From the NCBI GenBank assembly GCA_030141605.1, contig JAQGDQ010000008.1:930001-994000 (forward strand): DNA of 64,000 nt, in the 5' to 3' direction. This document shows, in pieces, positions 1 to 15,200 of this stretch. Numbering within the stretch: position 1 is the stretch's first letter; each line of letters begins with the position of its first letter. The translations under genes were made by a program, and so were the position numbers. Origin of the DNA: Tubiluchus corallicola (taxonomy: Eukaryota; Animalia; Priapulida). Below the pieces are notes generated by a model. It was not told where the DNA came from. It did no database searches and saw nothing but the letters and a program-made list of their open reading frames with translations.

Positions 1-13
1 TTTAAATACATAC

Positions 14-213
14 TTTGCCCTGCGACCCATGACTCTGCCAGTAAGTATCAGGCTTCCCATCAATAAGCCTATGGGCTTGATTTTCTCTGGACGACACCGT
101 CAGATTCTTCACGCACCGTCCCCAGTCTTTAATATGCTCACAACCTGCCCCACCAGAAAGCGCCCCGTGCTTACCATACTTCCCAGGTTTACCCACATAC
201 ACTGGAGCACAAC
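14..213 (-). CDS. HERC2: HERC2 coding exon 51 (DOC/APC10 domain start)
   Basis: [37 protein letters not shown]|gt; phase 1-0. Confidence 0.94.
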
Positions 214-3200
214 CTGTGAACAAATACCTCTTAATATTGACTAAATTAATTACACAGTGAATTCCATCAGTTCAGAAATGTTAAATCACAAAGAAAATCA
301 AAATCACAGCAAAAGACCACCTATACATATCTTTATGATAGTTGTTGGGTAACTGTGCCCATTATAGGCCAGAAAGATTAAGCCAAATGCCTATTTTCTG
401 TACAGTTCAGCAGGCTGAAAGCTTTGGTACAGCATTCAACGCCAGGCCTACTTGATGTAGAAGATTGTGGTGGGATGGATTCCTAGGTCGTTATAATTCT
501 CTAAGATGAGACACTGGAGAGGTTGAGAGAGGTATCTTAACCATGTTTGGACGTGCATTACAACCTTACTTAATAAGGTAAATACCTACAAGCACAATGT
601 CAGATGAAACCATATAAAGGAAGTTTAATACGAAGGAAATCCATCCATTTGCTGAACAGGCTCAGCATTTCAACTGCTAAGTACTACACATTGCCAACTT
701 GCCTATTAACCAATGGCAGCAGAAATTTCACAATATTGGAGAAACTGTTTCCAAAAGTGGATATTCTAATGTAATTAAATTCACTTATTTAGAAAAGTAG
801 AAAAAAAAATAAGTAAAAAATAAATAAGTAGAATTCATGCACATTTACCTAGCGAGAGCATGACTATGACAAATTACATTAACAAACGATAATTTCACCA
901 GAAGTTTAGTATTACCTGGCTCAAAAATCTTGTTGAAAGGATGTTTATGATCTTGACGAGTCCGGAAACAGTTTTCACAGAAACGAGTTTCACAGGACTT
1001 GCATTGAAAGAGGGCGCCACTGATAGGTGACACTTTACAGCCATCACACCTGTTAATTGCATATAGACGAAAAAAGTAACTACAACATACAACGCACAAC
1101 TGACAAAAGACAACAGAAAAATTATTAAACTAGCAATACAAAAGTAATGCATTAACAATACTCAATTTGTTAAGGTGATAATGTGACATTATTGCAGTGT
1201 ATTGATTATCTGATAATGGTCGATATTGTGGCTCTAAGCCAACGAAAATGCACTACACTATAGCACACAATAAAAAAATAAAGCACCAGTTTCATTATTG
1301 TGATGGTTAAAAAGCTTAAGACAGGAGGGTACAAACAAACAAAAGGAAAATCTGGGGAGTGCTGTAATAAACAACAAGCTGGATCAGAGATAAGAACTGC
1401 CTGTTGACAATGCATTTCCTGCCTTCTGAACAATGTATGTAACCTATACAAGTAATAGTTTACGACAATTTCATATTTACAATATTTACTATGACTATGA
1501 AATTTATTTCACAAAAAAATAGTAAAGTTACAACATATTATCAACAATAACAAATCTTAAATGGTGTGAGGGGAGGGTACGGCCAAATGGTCATTTACAC
1601 ACTCCCCTTACATACTAGAAGGTATTATTAGTACATGCGTGGCTGTGGAAGAATACAGGTGTTATAGAACTATTACAATAATTCAACAAAACATAATGAT
1701 TATGACATAAGAAGACAACGATAGTTGAAACTGAATCAGTTAAAAATTTATAATAACGACTTACACAAAGCAAAACAGGAAGGGATACTAATGATAACAT
1801 TTATGAAAAGAGAATATTTAGCCTTTGTATATTAAATAATAATTATTATTACTACTGCAGCGGTAGTATACAATATATACATACAAGCACATACTATGTG
1901 CTTGTGTTTGTATATATGACATTATTTGAAATCAGAGGGTAAAATTAAAAAAAAATACCAAAACTTCTCTAAATCTGTGTTTTGTGTGTATTTGCAGCCA
2001 AAAACATGTCAGAAGGCACAATAAACTAAAAATGACTGTCTATCTTTAAAACTTGCATTATAACAGTTAACATTTTAATGGCAAAAACAATTTGATTACT
2101 ACTACAAATGCTATTAATGATGCTACAAAACCACAATTAATTAAATTTTAAAACTAAACTTTAAAGACAAAAAATGTGAAAAAGCCTGGATTTGAATCAG
2201 GGACCAGGGACTTTCTGCTTACGTTGCAGATGCCTTAACCACTAGGCCGCTCATAGCCAAGGCAGTCCAAAATTCATCCCCTATTGCTAGGTAACCAAAT
2301 TCAGCATTACCAACATCGGGTTACTAATTCTAAATTGATTATAACTAATTACATTATTTCTTTATTTTGATTAGTTATGAACCTGAAATTTCCATGGGTG
2401 AATAATTTAAATATAATCTTAACCACAAGATTATCATTAATGATGTTACCAACTCATCAAAATTTAATTAATTGTGCATTAGTAACATTATTAATAAGAA
2501 CACTGACATTGAGATTATAATAATTAGTTACTACCAGTGTTACTATAGTACTGTAGTAAATAGTTACTATTTACCTAATGCCTGGATGTGTACTAGGAAC
2601 GAGTTCAAGCTCAGAAATGAGTCCAGTCCAGTCAGACTGAGTTGGGAAATCCACAGTAACATCTTGCCCGTTTGAACCAAATGCTAAAATACGAGAACCA
2701 AGAAAAAATACAAGTAAAGTTGAAATAAATGGACATAACACTTTAGCTTTTCTAACTGGTTTGAAAGGCATGCCATAATTATCCAACTTCTAACACCATG
2801 TGTTGTCTCCAATAAGAATCATAAGAAAATCATCCAACTTTCAAAACTTTCTTATGCTCTGAAGTAATGATCTACTTTCCTTTAAAGTAAATTCATTATT
2901 ACTGATTACAGAAACTTGGCAGTTTTACCAATACGAATTTAAAATAATTCACAGGTCCAGCAACGTGGTATTTGGCTGATGTGCGCATGCGGCCATGTGC
3001 ACATCAGCATGCGGCCATGTGCACATGTCTGAGAAGTTTCATGTTAGGTAGAGAGAGCACAACCCTCATGCATTGTTGATCAACAAGAAAATTATTAATC
3101 TTTTTGCGCAAAGTAAAACAAGAAGAACGGATTTTGTTTTTAAATGAATGGATTAGTTTAACTTAACTTGAACTGTGACAATTTAGGCTATTAATAGTAA

Positions 3201-6200
3201 AAATATTTTTTTAGGATATATATTTTATGATCAGAATATATTTTAGGATTTTATCAAATTTATGTATAAAATTTCTTGTTATATGTGTTCTGTTTTACAC
3301 AATATTAAAACAATGGCTAGAAATTTTCTGAAGCAGCACCCCACTAATTTTATGTATGAGCTGCCACTGGTCTAGATAACAACTATGACATCCTGAAAGT
3401 TATTAAGACAAAACAAAGTTAACGAATGTCATACCTTTAACAACACCCACATTATGATGTGTGACTGAGCCCCACTTATACTTGGGTGTGGTGACCGTCG
3501 GTTTTACACGCACACGGTTGCCTATTCTGATGCTAGATACGGCTACAAAATGAAAACATGGAAATAGCACCAAATTAGGTCAAAAGTAATTTCTTAACAA
3601 AAATACTAGAGCACAATTTTGCGTGTTTAGCCAACCATTTTGATTTACTGAAAGATAACAATCACTAGCGAGTTAATGCAAGTCTTCTAGTAAATATTAT
3701 CTGTCTTAATCATTGCCCACCTATGCATTGAACAAGATGTCATAAAAATGCCTAATGAAGCCCAGTAATTAATAATCTATACCAGTGACTACATTTTATG
3801 CATACACGTTCACGACATTATACTTCCGATGAATAACATTAAACTGTTCAAAAAAATTAACAAACAAAAACTTCTGATGAAAGGCAGATTAATATCATCT
3901 GCACAACTTACAAGAGGGTGGAAGAAAGCCAAGGAGTTCTATGTGACTATATCTGACCCAGTACGTTCCACCTTTCCGCTGCCAGTCTACTTGAACATTC
4001 AAGTCATACAAACCATCTCTGTCTAACTGAAATAAACAAATTGTCTTGTCATCTTTCACAGTTTCTAAATTTTCAGCTAACTGCTATCTATAACTGATTT
4101 AAAACATGCTCCTCCGAGATATTTTAATTGTAAACGAATTCAAGCTTCTCAAGGAGTTTGCAGTGGCGTAAGATCTGATGATTATTTGGGTACAACAAAA
4201 CTTTCATTAACAGAACAATCACAGTTTTCCAAAGCCTGATTTTTAGTGCTAACATGTAAAATCTTGACTGACGTTCATAAATGAAAAAATTCTGCCCGTA
4301 AAAGATAATAAGATTTATAAACACAGGAGAGCTCTGTATTTGTTTTCCTGACACATTATTAAAAGTTTTACCTTGATAACCCGACCAATGTCACCTTCAT
4401 GGACTTCCTCATAAGACTTGCAGCATCTAATAGTCATCCCCACCTGTACATTATCTTGTACATATAGCGCATAGTCTTCATTTGTGAGAAAATCAGCCCG
4501 TTTCTTGTACTGATTCAGGTCCGCAGCCCCATACTGCTGGAAAATAAACATTGTCATTGACAAATCTAAAATGTTTCAAAACAGAATGTGATATATGAAA
4601 TTTCACAGGTTATTTTCCTAGGACAAAACCTAAAGCAAGTTTTAAGGCAAACTAAAACCTTTACTGATAAGCATGCTTGGAATTCAACAATGTAATTGCA
4701 CTCCATTTCCAAAAGAAAGATGTCGACTGTATTACAGCATTCTCTATTTCTGCTTGCACAATCAAACAAACAACGTGATAAAGAAGCTTAAGGTAAAACA
4801 TTCAAACTCTCCCATTTTATTAATTACATTACCTGACGATGACTGTCAGAACATAATAAAGCATTGCAGTTTATTTCACAACAAGTATTGAAAATGCACG
4901 TAAGGAGTTGGAAAAATAGACTCTTCCAATTTGACAGAGTATTTTGATAGTTTTTAATGAAATCCATATGCATTCATGTATTCTGATGATTATGGATTGG
5001 ATAATATTAAATTGCAATACATTACCTCATTAAATGAGCCTTCGAGGTCATCAAAATCGTCGGAGAATGAATCAGAGTCGCTGAAACCTTCAATAGAAGA
5101 AGCAGAGCCAGAATCGGATGCGTCCACAGCGTGCAGATTAGGATGCTCAAGAAGCCAACCAACAACAGCTTCCGGACTAGGAGTGACATCACCACCTGTA
5201 CAAGAGAAAAGAATTATTCCAATGTGTCGGTAAGTACAATCTTCTCCAAGCTACAATAAAAACAACAGCAAATTTCACTCTCCGGTGAAGTAGTCGCTAG
5301 ATGCTTGGTAAAATTTTACGAAGTTTACCCAGTGACAAATGAGATACTTGCATTTAATTCTTCACTTTAATTCTTTAATCCTAAACACAAATTTAACTTA
5401 GCTATGCAAAACTTTTCAATGCAACAGAATACCATGCTTAATCCGTATAAATAACTGGCTAAAACTGAAATTTTACACTAGTTTGCAGTGAAGACACACT
5501 ACTAAAAACCATAAACATTTTAAGGATAAATATAAAATATACCCATTGCTTTAATGGCAAATTCCACGTTTTTGCGTTGAAATCCCATCTCAATAATCTG
5601 CTGCACAGCCGGAGATGTAGGAGGTGGACTGTGCTTCGATTTCTTCACCTTCTGAGCAATAGGTAATTTGAGCAGCGGGAATACGGGATTGACAGCCGAA
5701 TGTGTTGAGGACAACATCCCACCACTAGCAGCTGTCGAGCTGGAGTCACTTATCGGAGATATTTCTTCATTTGTGCTAGAGGTTGTTACATGTGGACTAG
5801 GTCTGGTACACTCACAGAGTAAAAACTGGCAAACTGCCAAAGCAGCTTCCTGCAGGAAAATGCAAGTTTAAACATAATTACATTTGTACTTTACTCTGTG
5901 AATTATGCTTGTTTATGCACAATGCTGTGAATAATTTGCAATTTATTAGCACTATTTGTTGTTCCGCTGAAGATAACCAGCAAGAGGATTCTAAGACGGA
6001 GTCATTCATTTTTGTTCGGCGAGACAAGGCTAGTTCTTAAAACACCTCCAGAACCACTATTACACAATAAACAAAGTCTAAACTAGAACCCTAATTTCAA
6101 TCTTAATTTGGACAAGCTTTTTGCACAAGTGGATTGTGAATAAGGCGTGGAATACTACTTCTCAAAACTGCCATTTGCACAAGGTGTACATAATCGTATA

Positions 6201-9200
6201 TAATCATATAATGACAGTCACAAGACTTTATGTTAAGTTAGATCAGAATTAATGAATTAACCAAAAGCATATTTTAAGGATAAAATCATTTACCTCAATT
6301 TCTTGGCGACTAAATATGGCTTTGAGAGGAGACGGTTGTGTGGCAACTGCCATTAACTGCTGTAGCAATAATCCAGGTCCAGCTGAATCCGGGGATGGTA
6401 GACCATCTTCGGAACCTGTAGGTTTGGTTTCCTGTAGCATTGAACCTGATTCTGCTCCTGCCTGTTTGTCCTCTGATACTACAGATGCACCACTTTCCGA
6501 AAAAACACCTTTGCTCTCTGTCACTTCAGGAGTCTTAGCTTTGCTTTCCAACACTGGAGCATCAAATACTAAAACAAATTCAAAATGTGGCAATTTCTCG
6601 AATTATTTTTCCACATCAGTGCTGTAATCAATACTAATGGCAGCCTTGAAAATAATGCATTTAAATATTCTTTTAATTTTAGATAGAATAATTGAAAAAA
6701 TAACAAAAAGTACCAGAGTAAATAACTTGAGCTATAATACATTTCAGTCCACAGTTATAAACTATCTTCAAGAAAAGGAAAAAAAGGAAAAAGCACTAAA
6801 GATCACTAAATACTATTTTTTTAAATTTTTACAATGACAGTGCAATCACTAATTGAACACATATTCTACAGCCCAAAAATATCACTACTAACATGGAAAT
6901 AGAAACACTACCAGTAAGCGGCAATTACTAAGATTTTGAGTGAATGCTCTAGTAACTTTTGTACTTTATGTTCGAAATAAAAAATAAAATAAAAAAATGA
7001 AGTAAATTAAAACATACAAGTACACAGTAAATACTTATCATTTTAATATACGAACACTATTATTTTTTACATTCATAATATATATGCATCGTATTTTTGC
7101 ACACAAAAAGACTACTCGTGAAAAGCGTAAGATTACCAGGCTGCATGAAAATTTGACGAAGAAGGTCTTGCTGAGGAAAGAAAGCACGAGCCGCCTTCAT
7201 CAACTGAAGTGTCAAGAACTGTAGCTGTAGATGCTGCAGATGTACATAATCTATAATGTAATTGAACAATAGAGATTTAAAGGATAAAGTATTGAAACAA
7301 TACTAACTCTAATCATTCCACTACAATCACATCAGCAAAAAGTGTTTTAACTGGAACTTGTTATCTGTTACCAATTCCTCTTGCTTTGCTCAGAAAATAA
7401 AAGCATTTGAAAATAACTACAGGTTCCAATCACCTGATTACAAAGTGTGGGTGTGTGAGTTACAAATAGGAATTTTTGCAACAATTTAATTTGCAGTTTT
7501 TTTAAATAAAGTTGGATGCGTGATAGCATATTAACACAGAAGTAAAAAGCTTAGGCAGTTGGCAGGTGGTGTCACACATCAGAGAGAAGCACCAATAGGT
7601 GTTACAAAAACATACAATGAAAAATTACATGTGCACCGTAGAATGCAATAGTGAAGGTAAATGAGATGTTCTTTCTAAAGCGGTAGTTGAAAGAACTATA
7701 AAAACAACACAACAAGCTATTTACCGATTTAATCTATTATTTGCAGGTAATCTTAAAGTAAAAATGAATGGATTTTAATAGCTTGTACAAAAGTATTAAA
7801 AAGTGCAAAATCAAATGAAAAAAACAAAATAGACTGCTTCATACCACTGGAACTACTAGACATTCGGACGTCGACAGCAATTCTGTCTCGCAACTGATCC
7901 TGCTTTGGAGAACTCGCAGCTAGGGAGACCATGCTTGACCAGATACCTAACTTTTCTATCAGGGGCAACTGCCCAACTGTAAAAGCCACTTGTTCTATCT
8001 AGAAGACAAGCACTGTTATTAGAAGTTAACAAAAGAGTAAGCTTTTTTAAGTTATTCTCAAATGAAAAAAACTGACTTAAAATATCAACTTTAAAAAATG
8101 GGAAGAAAAACAAAAAAACCTATAATTATTACACTGTTCAAACTGTAGTACAACTATTGTAGAAAGACGAATCAGTTACAGTCACAGGCTGACTCAATCA
8201 CAGTTAGTTATAGTTTTAAAATCACTCCATAACTATACACGATTTGACATAATAATAGAACACAAATAATTTTAATTTTTCTAAACAATTAAATTTTGTT
8301 GTTTTATAACAATAACAGCTTTCATACTTTCATACTATATGATCAAATATCATACTTTTGAGAATTTCCATAAAAGGCAAAACAAGCAACTGGAAAGTGT
8401 GATTGACACATATGCTTCAATTATGTACCATCCAAGGTTAATTCCAATGTAATTTGCATTACGTAAAGGCGATCATCTTGTACAGTATGTGCACCAATTT
8501 GCCAAACTTATTCAGAAAAGATATGAGGAAAAAACTAAAATAATAATTGACAGGCCTATACTCAGAAAACTAACACTTCCATGTTTTGTTTTGAAAGAAG
8601 CAACAAAATCACTCAACTGTTGTCACTTGTTGTATAAAACATTTCTTTAAGCTGCACGAATCATTAAATTGCACCGAAAGTTTCCCGCTTGACGAGATTC
8701 TAGCAATTGTTCCCACTCCATGGTCTTCGTGCACCACCAGCGCCCCCAAACGTGGACGACTGTCAACGCCACCGATCATTGCAAGAATGGCCATGATGGA
8801 CGCTTGTAGGTCAATATCAATCGGATCATGCAAGTCATCAACCTACAACAAAATTAACTTTTATTATGTTTCTTATGTTTTTACCATCAAAAATACAAAA
8901 TGGAAGTGATTTTTTCACAATTTTTTGCAAAACTGTTTGGTGATGGGGAAAATGCAGTTCTTAAAATAAAAATAAAAACCAGCATCCACTAAACAAAAGA
9001 CATAGCTATTTATTCCAATACAATGATCTGCAATGTTCCAACTATAGTGTTGGTCATGATCACACAACAATCTACCTAATAAAAATATAATGTAAAAAAA
9101 TTAATATTGAGGTCCAAAAATCCATATCAAGAAAAGCAAACAACACAATTACTAAATTGTAAACTTACATATCGTGTAGTATATTGCCAAATGAAAAAAT

Positions 9201-12200
9201 AAAGTTGTATTACTCTGAAGCAGTTCACTCCCTGACTAATGCTGGTGTATGGTACTAAGAGAAACATTTGCAACAAACATGAACAACAGCATAAACAAGC
9301 AGCTACAAGAATCAGTTCAAATAAATTGCAGGGGCAGAAAAGAGTGTTGATCATTAAGCTTTGACAAAAACTTTTTTACCAAAAGAGTTTCAAAAATGTA
9401 CAAATCAAAGTCACTGTTAGCAGATTCTAAAATTTTGAAATTACCAAGCCTGTGAACAGTGCTCATAGATCGATGAGTGTGGCACTTATTTCTGTTGTTG
9501 GAGTAACATAATTGTTTTGTTTGCCTTTCACAATGCGGATTTCTTCAATATTAAATTTTATACATTATATTTTTATTAGATAGTTTGTTGCATGATCATG
9601 ACCATGTTATGGTTGCAGATGCCTATGTTGGAGTAAATAGTCACATCTTTGTGAGGATGCTGAGAGTTATTTTCATTTTTTGCAAAAAATAAGCCTTATA
9701 CTCTGAGTACGGTAGTACTCCGAACCTTGTACTCCAGCTACATTTAGCATTTTAAGGACAAGGAAATGTCAGGACTCAGGTGCCCTTCATAGAGTTTAGT
9801 GCACAACTGTGATAAGGTCCTTAGATAGGGTGAAAGGATAGTCTCTCGACAAAAACCAAAAAGTGGCAATAGAAATAAAAGCAAACAGAAAAAACCCTTA
9901 ACTCTCTGGAACTCTGGAATAGGAGTTGTTACACGAATTTGTGTAAAGTTTGTTTTACTTGCATAAGGACAAACAAATATGTAAGACCAGCCAAATGACT
10001 AGACAACAGTTATTTTTCTATACAAGAATACTGTTACAATAGTTAAACTTGTTTATGTCTTATTTAAATGTTTATGTCCTTTCCATATTGTACAGCACAT
10101 TAAAAAACAAGATGCTGCTAAAATCAAACCTGAACAGTGTTTTTGAGTCACATCAAGCATAGGAAACGATCATCAATTATGAAGAATGCTGAAAAACCAT
10201 TTTGTAAATTTCTTAATATATCCCAAACCTGTTCTTTATCATCGAGCAGAATGTTGATTCGACTCAGTTTGTTGACAACATAAGTTACTATGGTTTCATT
10301 CCAAGCTTCAAGTGCATGAAGAGTTCTCAACAAAGCTACAAGTTCTTCAGCTATGGTACTGGAGAACGATGCAGTAAGTGTGACTCGAGCTTTGTATCTT
10401 CTCCTTGACCGCCTAGAGGTTTCTAAAAGGTAAACAATCATCAGGTATTCATATTAAAGCTGAAACCTTTGTCTATTCTCATACTTGCAGGTTTGTGAAA
10501 AAAGCTCAATCCAACATGCAAGACACGTGGTAATATAAGTTCAAATTGTTCCAAAATAAATTAGTTGTTTCTGGCTTCACCAGGAAACTAGGTAACATCA
10601 AACATGTTTATTAGATACATTGCATATTTTTTCAATAGAAGGGTACCTGCTAAGGCAGAGAAAAATATTAGCAGCAGCTACTAGTCATGTTTAGCACCCT
10701 TCAAGGATTCAATGTACTGACTAATCTTGTACCGGGTGGTGTAGAAAAATGCGACAAAGTTTAGACTACAATATTATTAGAAACAAGTGCCCTTAAAAGT
10801 TGGAATTTCACAAAATGATAAAATGACAAACAAGTTCTTGGCTGCGATAGTTACAACTTTATAATTTTAGTGGTTTAAGTTACAGCCAAAAAGCTTTTGC
10901 ATATTAAAAAATTAAAAGTCAGAACAATGTCAGCTAATCATCATTTGAAAAACAACCACGTTGACATATGAAGTGCTCAATAAATGATAGCAAAGCAATA
11001 AGGAAATCAACTACCAGTTTAAAACAATGTATTCGCCATAGAAAACAAAGTATCGATTTGTTGTCAAGAAAAAAACGGAGCTTAATCTTCTGGATTACAC
11101 TACCTGGAAGTCCCTTAAAGAGAATCTACATGACTGGTGCACACAGCCATTTCATGTAAAGGAACTAAAGTCAAAAAAATTTAAGTGCCGGACCAAAAAC
11201 CCTCAAAGATGCGAAAAACTGTATTGGCTATTTAGAGAAATGCCTTTGTCTAGTTTGCATTGAAAATGGTGGACACATAGACATACTATTTTTTCCCATT
11301 TAATTTTTTGACTTGTTGATTTAAAACTTTTGATCCTTGGACAAATCTAAGGAAATTATCTAAAAATTTTTGGTGTTTATAAAAGTGTGCAACACTAGTG
11401 TGGTAATTTTCAAAAAAACTCAGTTATTTTCTTCTTATAACATCATAATTAAAACTTGGGCACGTTTTTGCACCATCTAATATAATTTTGTACATAGGAA
11501 AGACTATAACTACATTTCATACATATTTCTTTGTAAAGCAATCTTTATTTTCACGGTTTCAACAAAAGAATATTGCTAACTCCATGGTATCGGCTATTAA
11601 ATTTTTTTGCTTTATACTATAATGTGGCACATATACTGCCACATTAACATTAACTACTTACCGAGAGGCACCAAAGACGGATCAGATGCGCACGACACTA
11701 GCACGTTACCAAGTATCTTAAACAATCTCTCAATCAAGTCATTCATTCTGCTGCCTTCTTCATTAAACTCCCACGAAGGTAGCACAGCTCTGAGCAACCT
11801 CAGCGCTAATACCTGCAATTATTAATTATCAGAAATACACCGTAATGTAATTTCGTAGCACTATGTACAGCAAGCTAGTACAAAAGTATTTGCAATGGCA
11901 AAAAATCACTGCAGTACTACTGTAAAATCTTGCACCAGACAAGAACAGACAAACTTTAAAAATGATGCAACATAAAGCACACGTGTATGAAAGCATGTTT
12001 TGCAATACGTTACATTCAATTTTCAAAATGTATTCGTATATTTTATGTTAAAAAAATCAGTTATTTGCAAATAAAGATTTTGTTAATGACAAATAGCACT
12101 CAAATTTCTGATATATAAAGTTAAACAGTTCAGTAACTTCAGTGATACAACGATATTTGCATCATCAAACTCAAACAACAGACAAAAACAATGAAACAAT

Positions 12201-15200
12201 TAAAATTGGTTGAGTCTGGCCACTAAGAAAGTTTTTTGTGCACTCCTTGCCATTTCTGATAATTAAAATGCAATGAAAATTATGCTAAATATCTTAAGAC
12301 TTCAGTTAATATGAAAGTTTAAATTACATTAGATATAACTTATTACGCTCTGTGTGTGCCTAGATTACTAACTTAAGCAGCAATATTAGTGTCAGTGTCA
12401 GCTAAAAAAACACACCATAATGAAGCCAAGCTCAGGGTACTGGCAAATGGCAAATCTTCCGAAAATATGAAAGCTTGAATGCCATTTCCAAAATGTAATT
12501 AATGTAAGTATTTGAACCTAACACTTCCACATTGGAATTGTATATTATATGCTATGCTCTTGGGTAGACAAAGGGTCATACAGCTTAATTACTGCATTTG
12601 CATAAGCATTTGTGCAATCACCAGACTCAACTCGAGGAAGACTTACTCAAGGGTTTGCACCATCACCAGATACCAGGAAACACTCTCAAGCATTTGCTTA
12701 CATTTGTTTACAGCTAATGACATTTCCTACAAAGCCGATTGTACATTATATTAAAAGATCAAGTAATAACATTGATTTATACTAGGGAGGTCACGAATCT
12801 AAAATTACCGAATCCAAATCTAAACTGAATCTCATTTTATAATTTTCGAAACCTGGAGAAAATCAGAAGCTCAGTTTAAAATCACTTTTGAATCTGTTTC
12901 AAATCCGAAACTCAATTTCAAATAAATTTCTAAAGGGAAATGAATTAGAATCTCAATTTTTTAGGTATTTCTGTAAATAGAATCTTATTCAAATGACTTG
13001 TTGATCTATTTCCTACACTCGGTACAAAAAAACTGGGTGACATAAAGACACACTCGTCTAAGCCATGTTGTGTGCAACACTGTGCTAAAATAATACAAGA
13101 AATCTTAGCATTTTTTCTTGAAACCAGCAGTTAAAATCATAATGTCTAGCATGTATTTGTGTAAGATTTCATGAGTTGAACACACGCTGAAACTGAATAT
13201 AACACCATTTTTGTATATTTCAAATAGGACAAAATTATCAAAAAAGGTAGCAAATTAATTAATTTTGCCAGAAAATTGAAAGGTAAAAGCGTGTATAATC
13301 GCTCTTGTAATAAATGCTATCGAATCATCTCTGCAGTCGAAGCTAAACCAATTTTTTTAAAAACCTCTGCCAAAGTGCCTAAAGTAAAGTAATCTACTTT
13401 ACTTTTAAGTAACTAAGAATCTCAGCGAATCAAAGTGAATCACAGTTCAGATTCGAATTCGGTTTTGTTTCAAACTCCAGCTCTGACACGACATCATGCC
13501 ACAGCCTCGTGACATCACTAATTTGTACCAAACATTGCACATTGCAGCACAAATCTAAGAAAGCTTGTTTAGACTGTTCATACCTGTCTGAATAATGTTT
13601 CGGGAGAAACTAACAATTCTCTTTCACAAGCAATAATTTTCATCAACAATTCCAACCACAGTGGAGTGCTTAACAGACGGCATATAGTAGGTGTCAGGGC
13701 CAAGCTACGAATAAAACCCAGTGTAGCCCATTCGCGATGCTGCTCCTGTGTAACCATGGTAACCGGGGACTGAGGAGCTACAAAAAAATCACATTCAAAT
13801 TCTATATTCTGGACACATCCTTTTTATTAACATGATATTAACGAGTGAATTAAGTTACATACAAATAATATTGAAGGTATATTGGAAAACAAAAAACTTC
13901 TTTAACTCTAAAAGAAATGACCTTTCTAAATTACTAAAAAAAATAAATGAATTATTTTAATATTAAATTAAATTTATGCATGGATTCATAAAAACAGTAC
14001 AGCTGTAATAAATTCAGCTGTAATATTGCACATATAATAATGTTGTATTTCTTAATAATATAGGAACTTTATGAAGAAATTTTAAGTAAAACTTACAATC
14101 AACACACTCAATGTTTGAACTGACTAGAACTCTCAAGAGACCGCACAGTGTTGACACAGCATCATGTTGAGCTAATTCAGCATGCTCAGCAGTGGACAGA
14201 GACAAATTACGCAACAGGTAAACAGCGGAATGCCGAATCCTGGCTGTCGGATGCTTTATGTCTGCTCGCTTAGCAACTTTAGCTGAAAGAAAAAACATTC
14301 ATCAAGGGATTGGCAAATGAAACTAAGTAGCAATTCAATTGCACTTTGAATAGTCTACAACAGTTTAGTATTGCAAAATGGCAGACTCTATTATGCAAAA
14401 ATGTTGTTCCGCAAAAATTAAATAATCATTAATACGACGTTAATACTACAAAAATCGTTTTTTAAAGCTGTGCATAAGCTTACTGAAAGAGATTGTTCAC
14501 TTGATTGATTTCTTATATTTTATTCAATAAATTTTAAATTACTCAAGTTTCATTTTGTTGTTAAAAAAACTCGGACTTGTTTATCATATACAATAATGCA
14601 GTTTAAAGGGTTGCAGCTCGACGCCGTGTCACCAAAATACACTATAAACATGTTCTAATGACTGGCAAAAGATCTTACGATGCTCATGTGCTTTTTTAAG
14701 TATTTTCAAATGCTAATACATGTACCATAAAAATATTAAAAACATACCAGTTTCTCCATCTGAATCCTGTTCTTTATCTTCCACGTCTTGCATGGGTGGC
14801 GGCTCAGCCAGCTTCAAGTCATACTTGCCCTCCCGACCCATTCTGTATGAGTTTGTACTGCCACTATCCCACTGCACACGAACCCAACCGTCCTCACCTA
14901 GTTCTCCAATAACTCTACCCTCACCGGGTGTGGGACCATCCTGGAAAATGAAGTGAGCATAAAAAAACTGTGAAAACCTCAAGTCCACTGTGCTAAAACA
15001 ATTTTGGTGTTTGTAAGTTGAAAACTGGAGGATTAGTTATGATAAGATAGACAGAAGTTTGAGCTGGTGACTTCATTATCGCTGGCATATTGCTTCTTGC
15101 AGTTGTGAAAACCACTATGTGGGTTACACCACTCGCTGTTTATTAAGTTTACGTTTAAGTTTAAGTTTAGTACACACCAAATAAGATGTAAAAATATACA

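Noticed and set aside
2959-3370. GC-rich 22-bp duplication (GCATGCGGCCATGTGCACAT) as a regulatory hairpin or ncRNA
   Set aside because: Most simply the subterminal repeat of a decayed MITE; no ncRNA box motifs seen
4976-6627. Plus-strand ORFs (4976-5233, 5668-5871, 6316-6627) and similar ones elsewhere as nested antisense genes
   Set aside because: They are shadows of HERC2 exons on the opposite strand with no recognisable protein features
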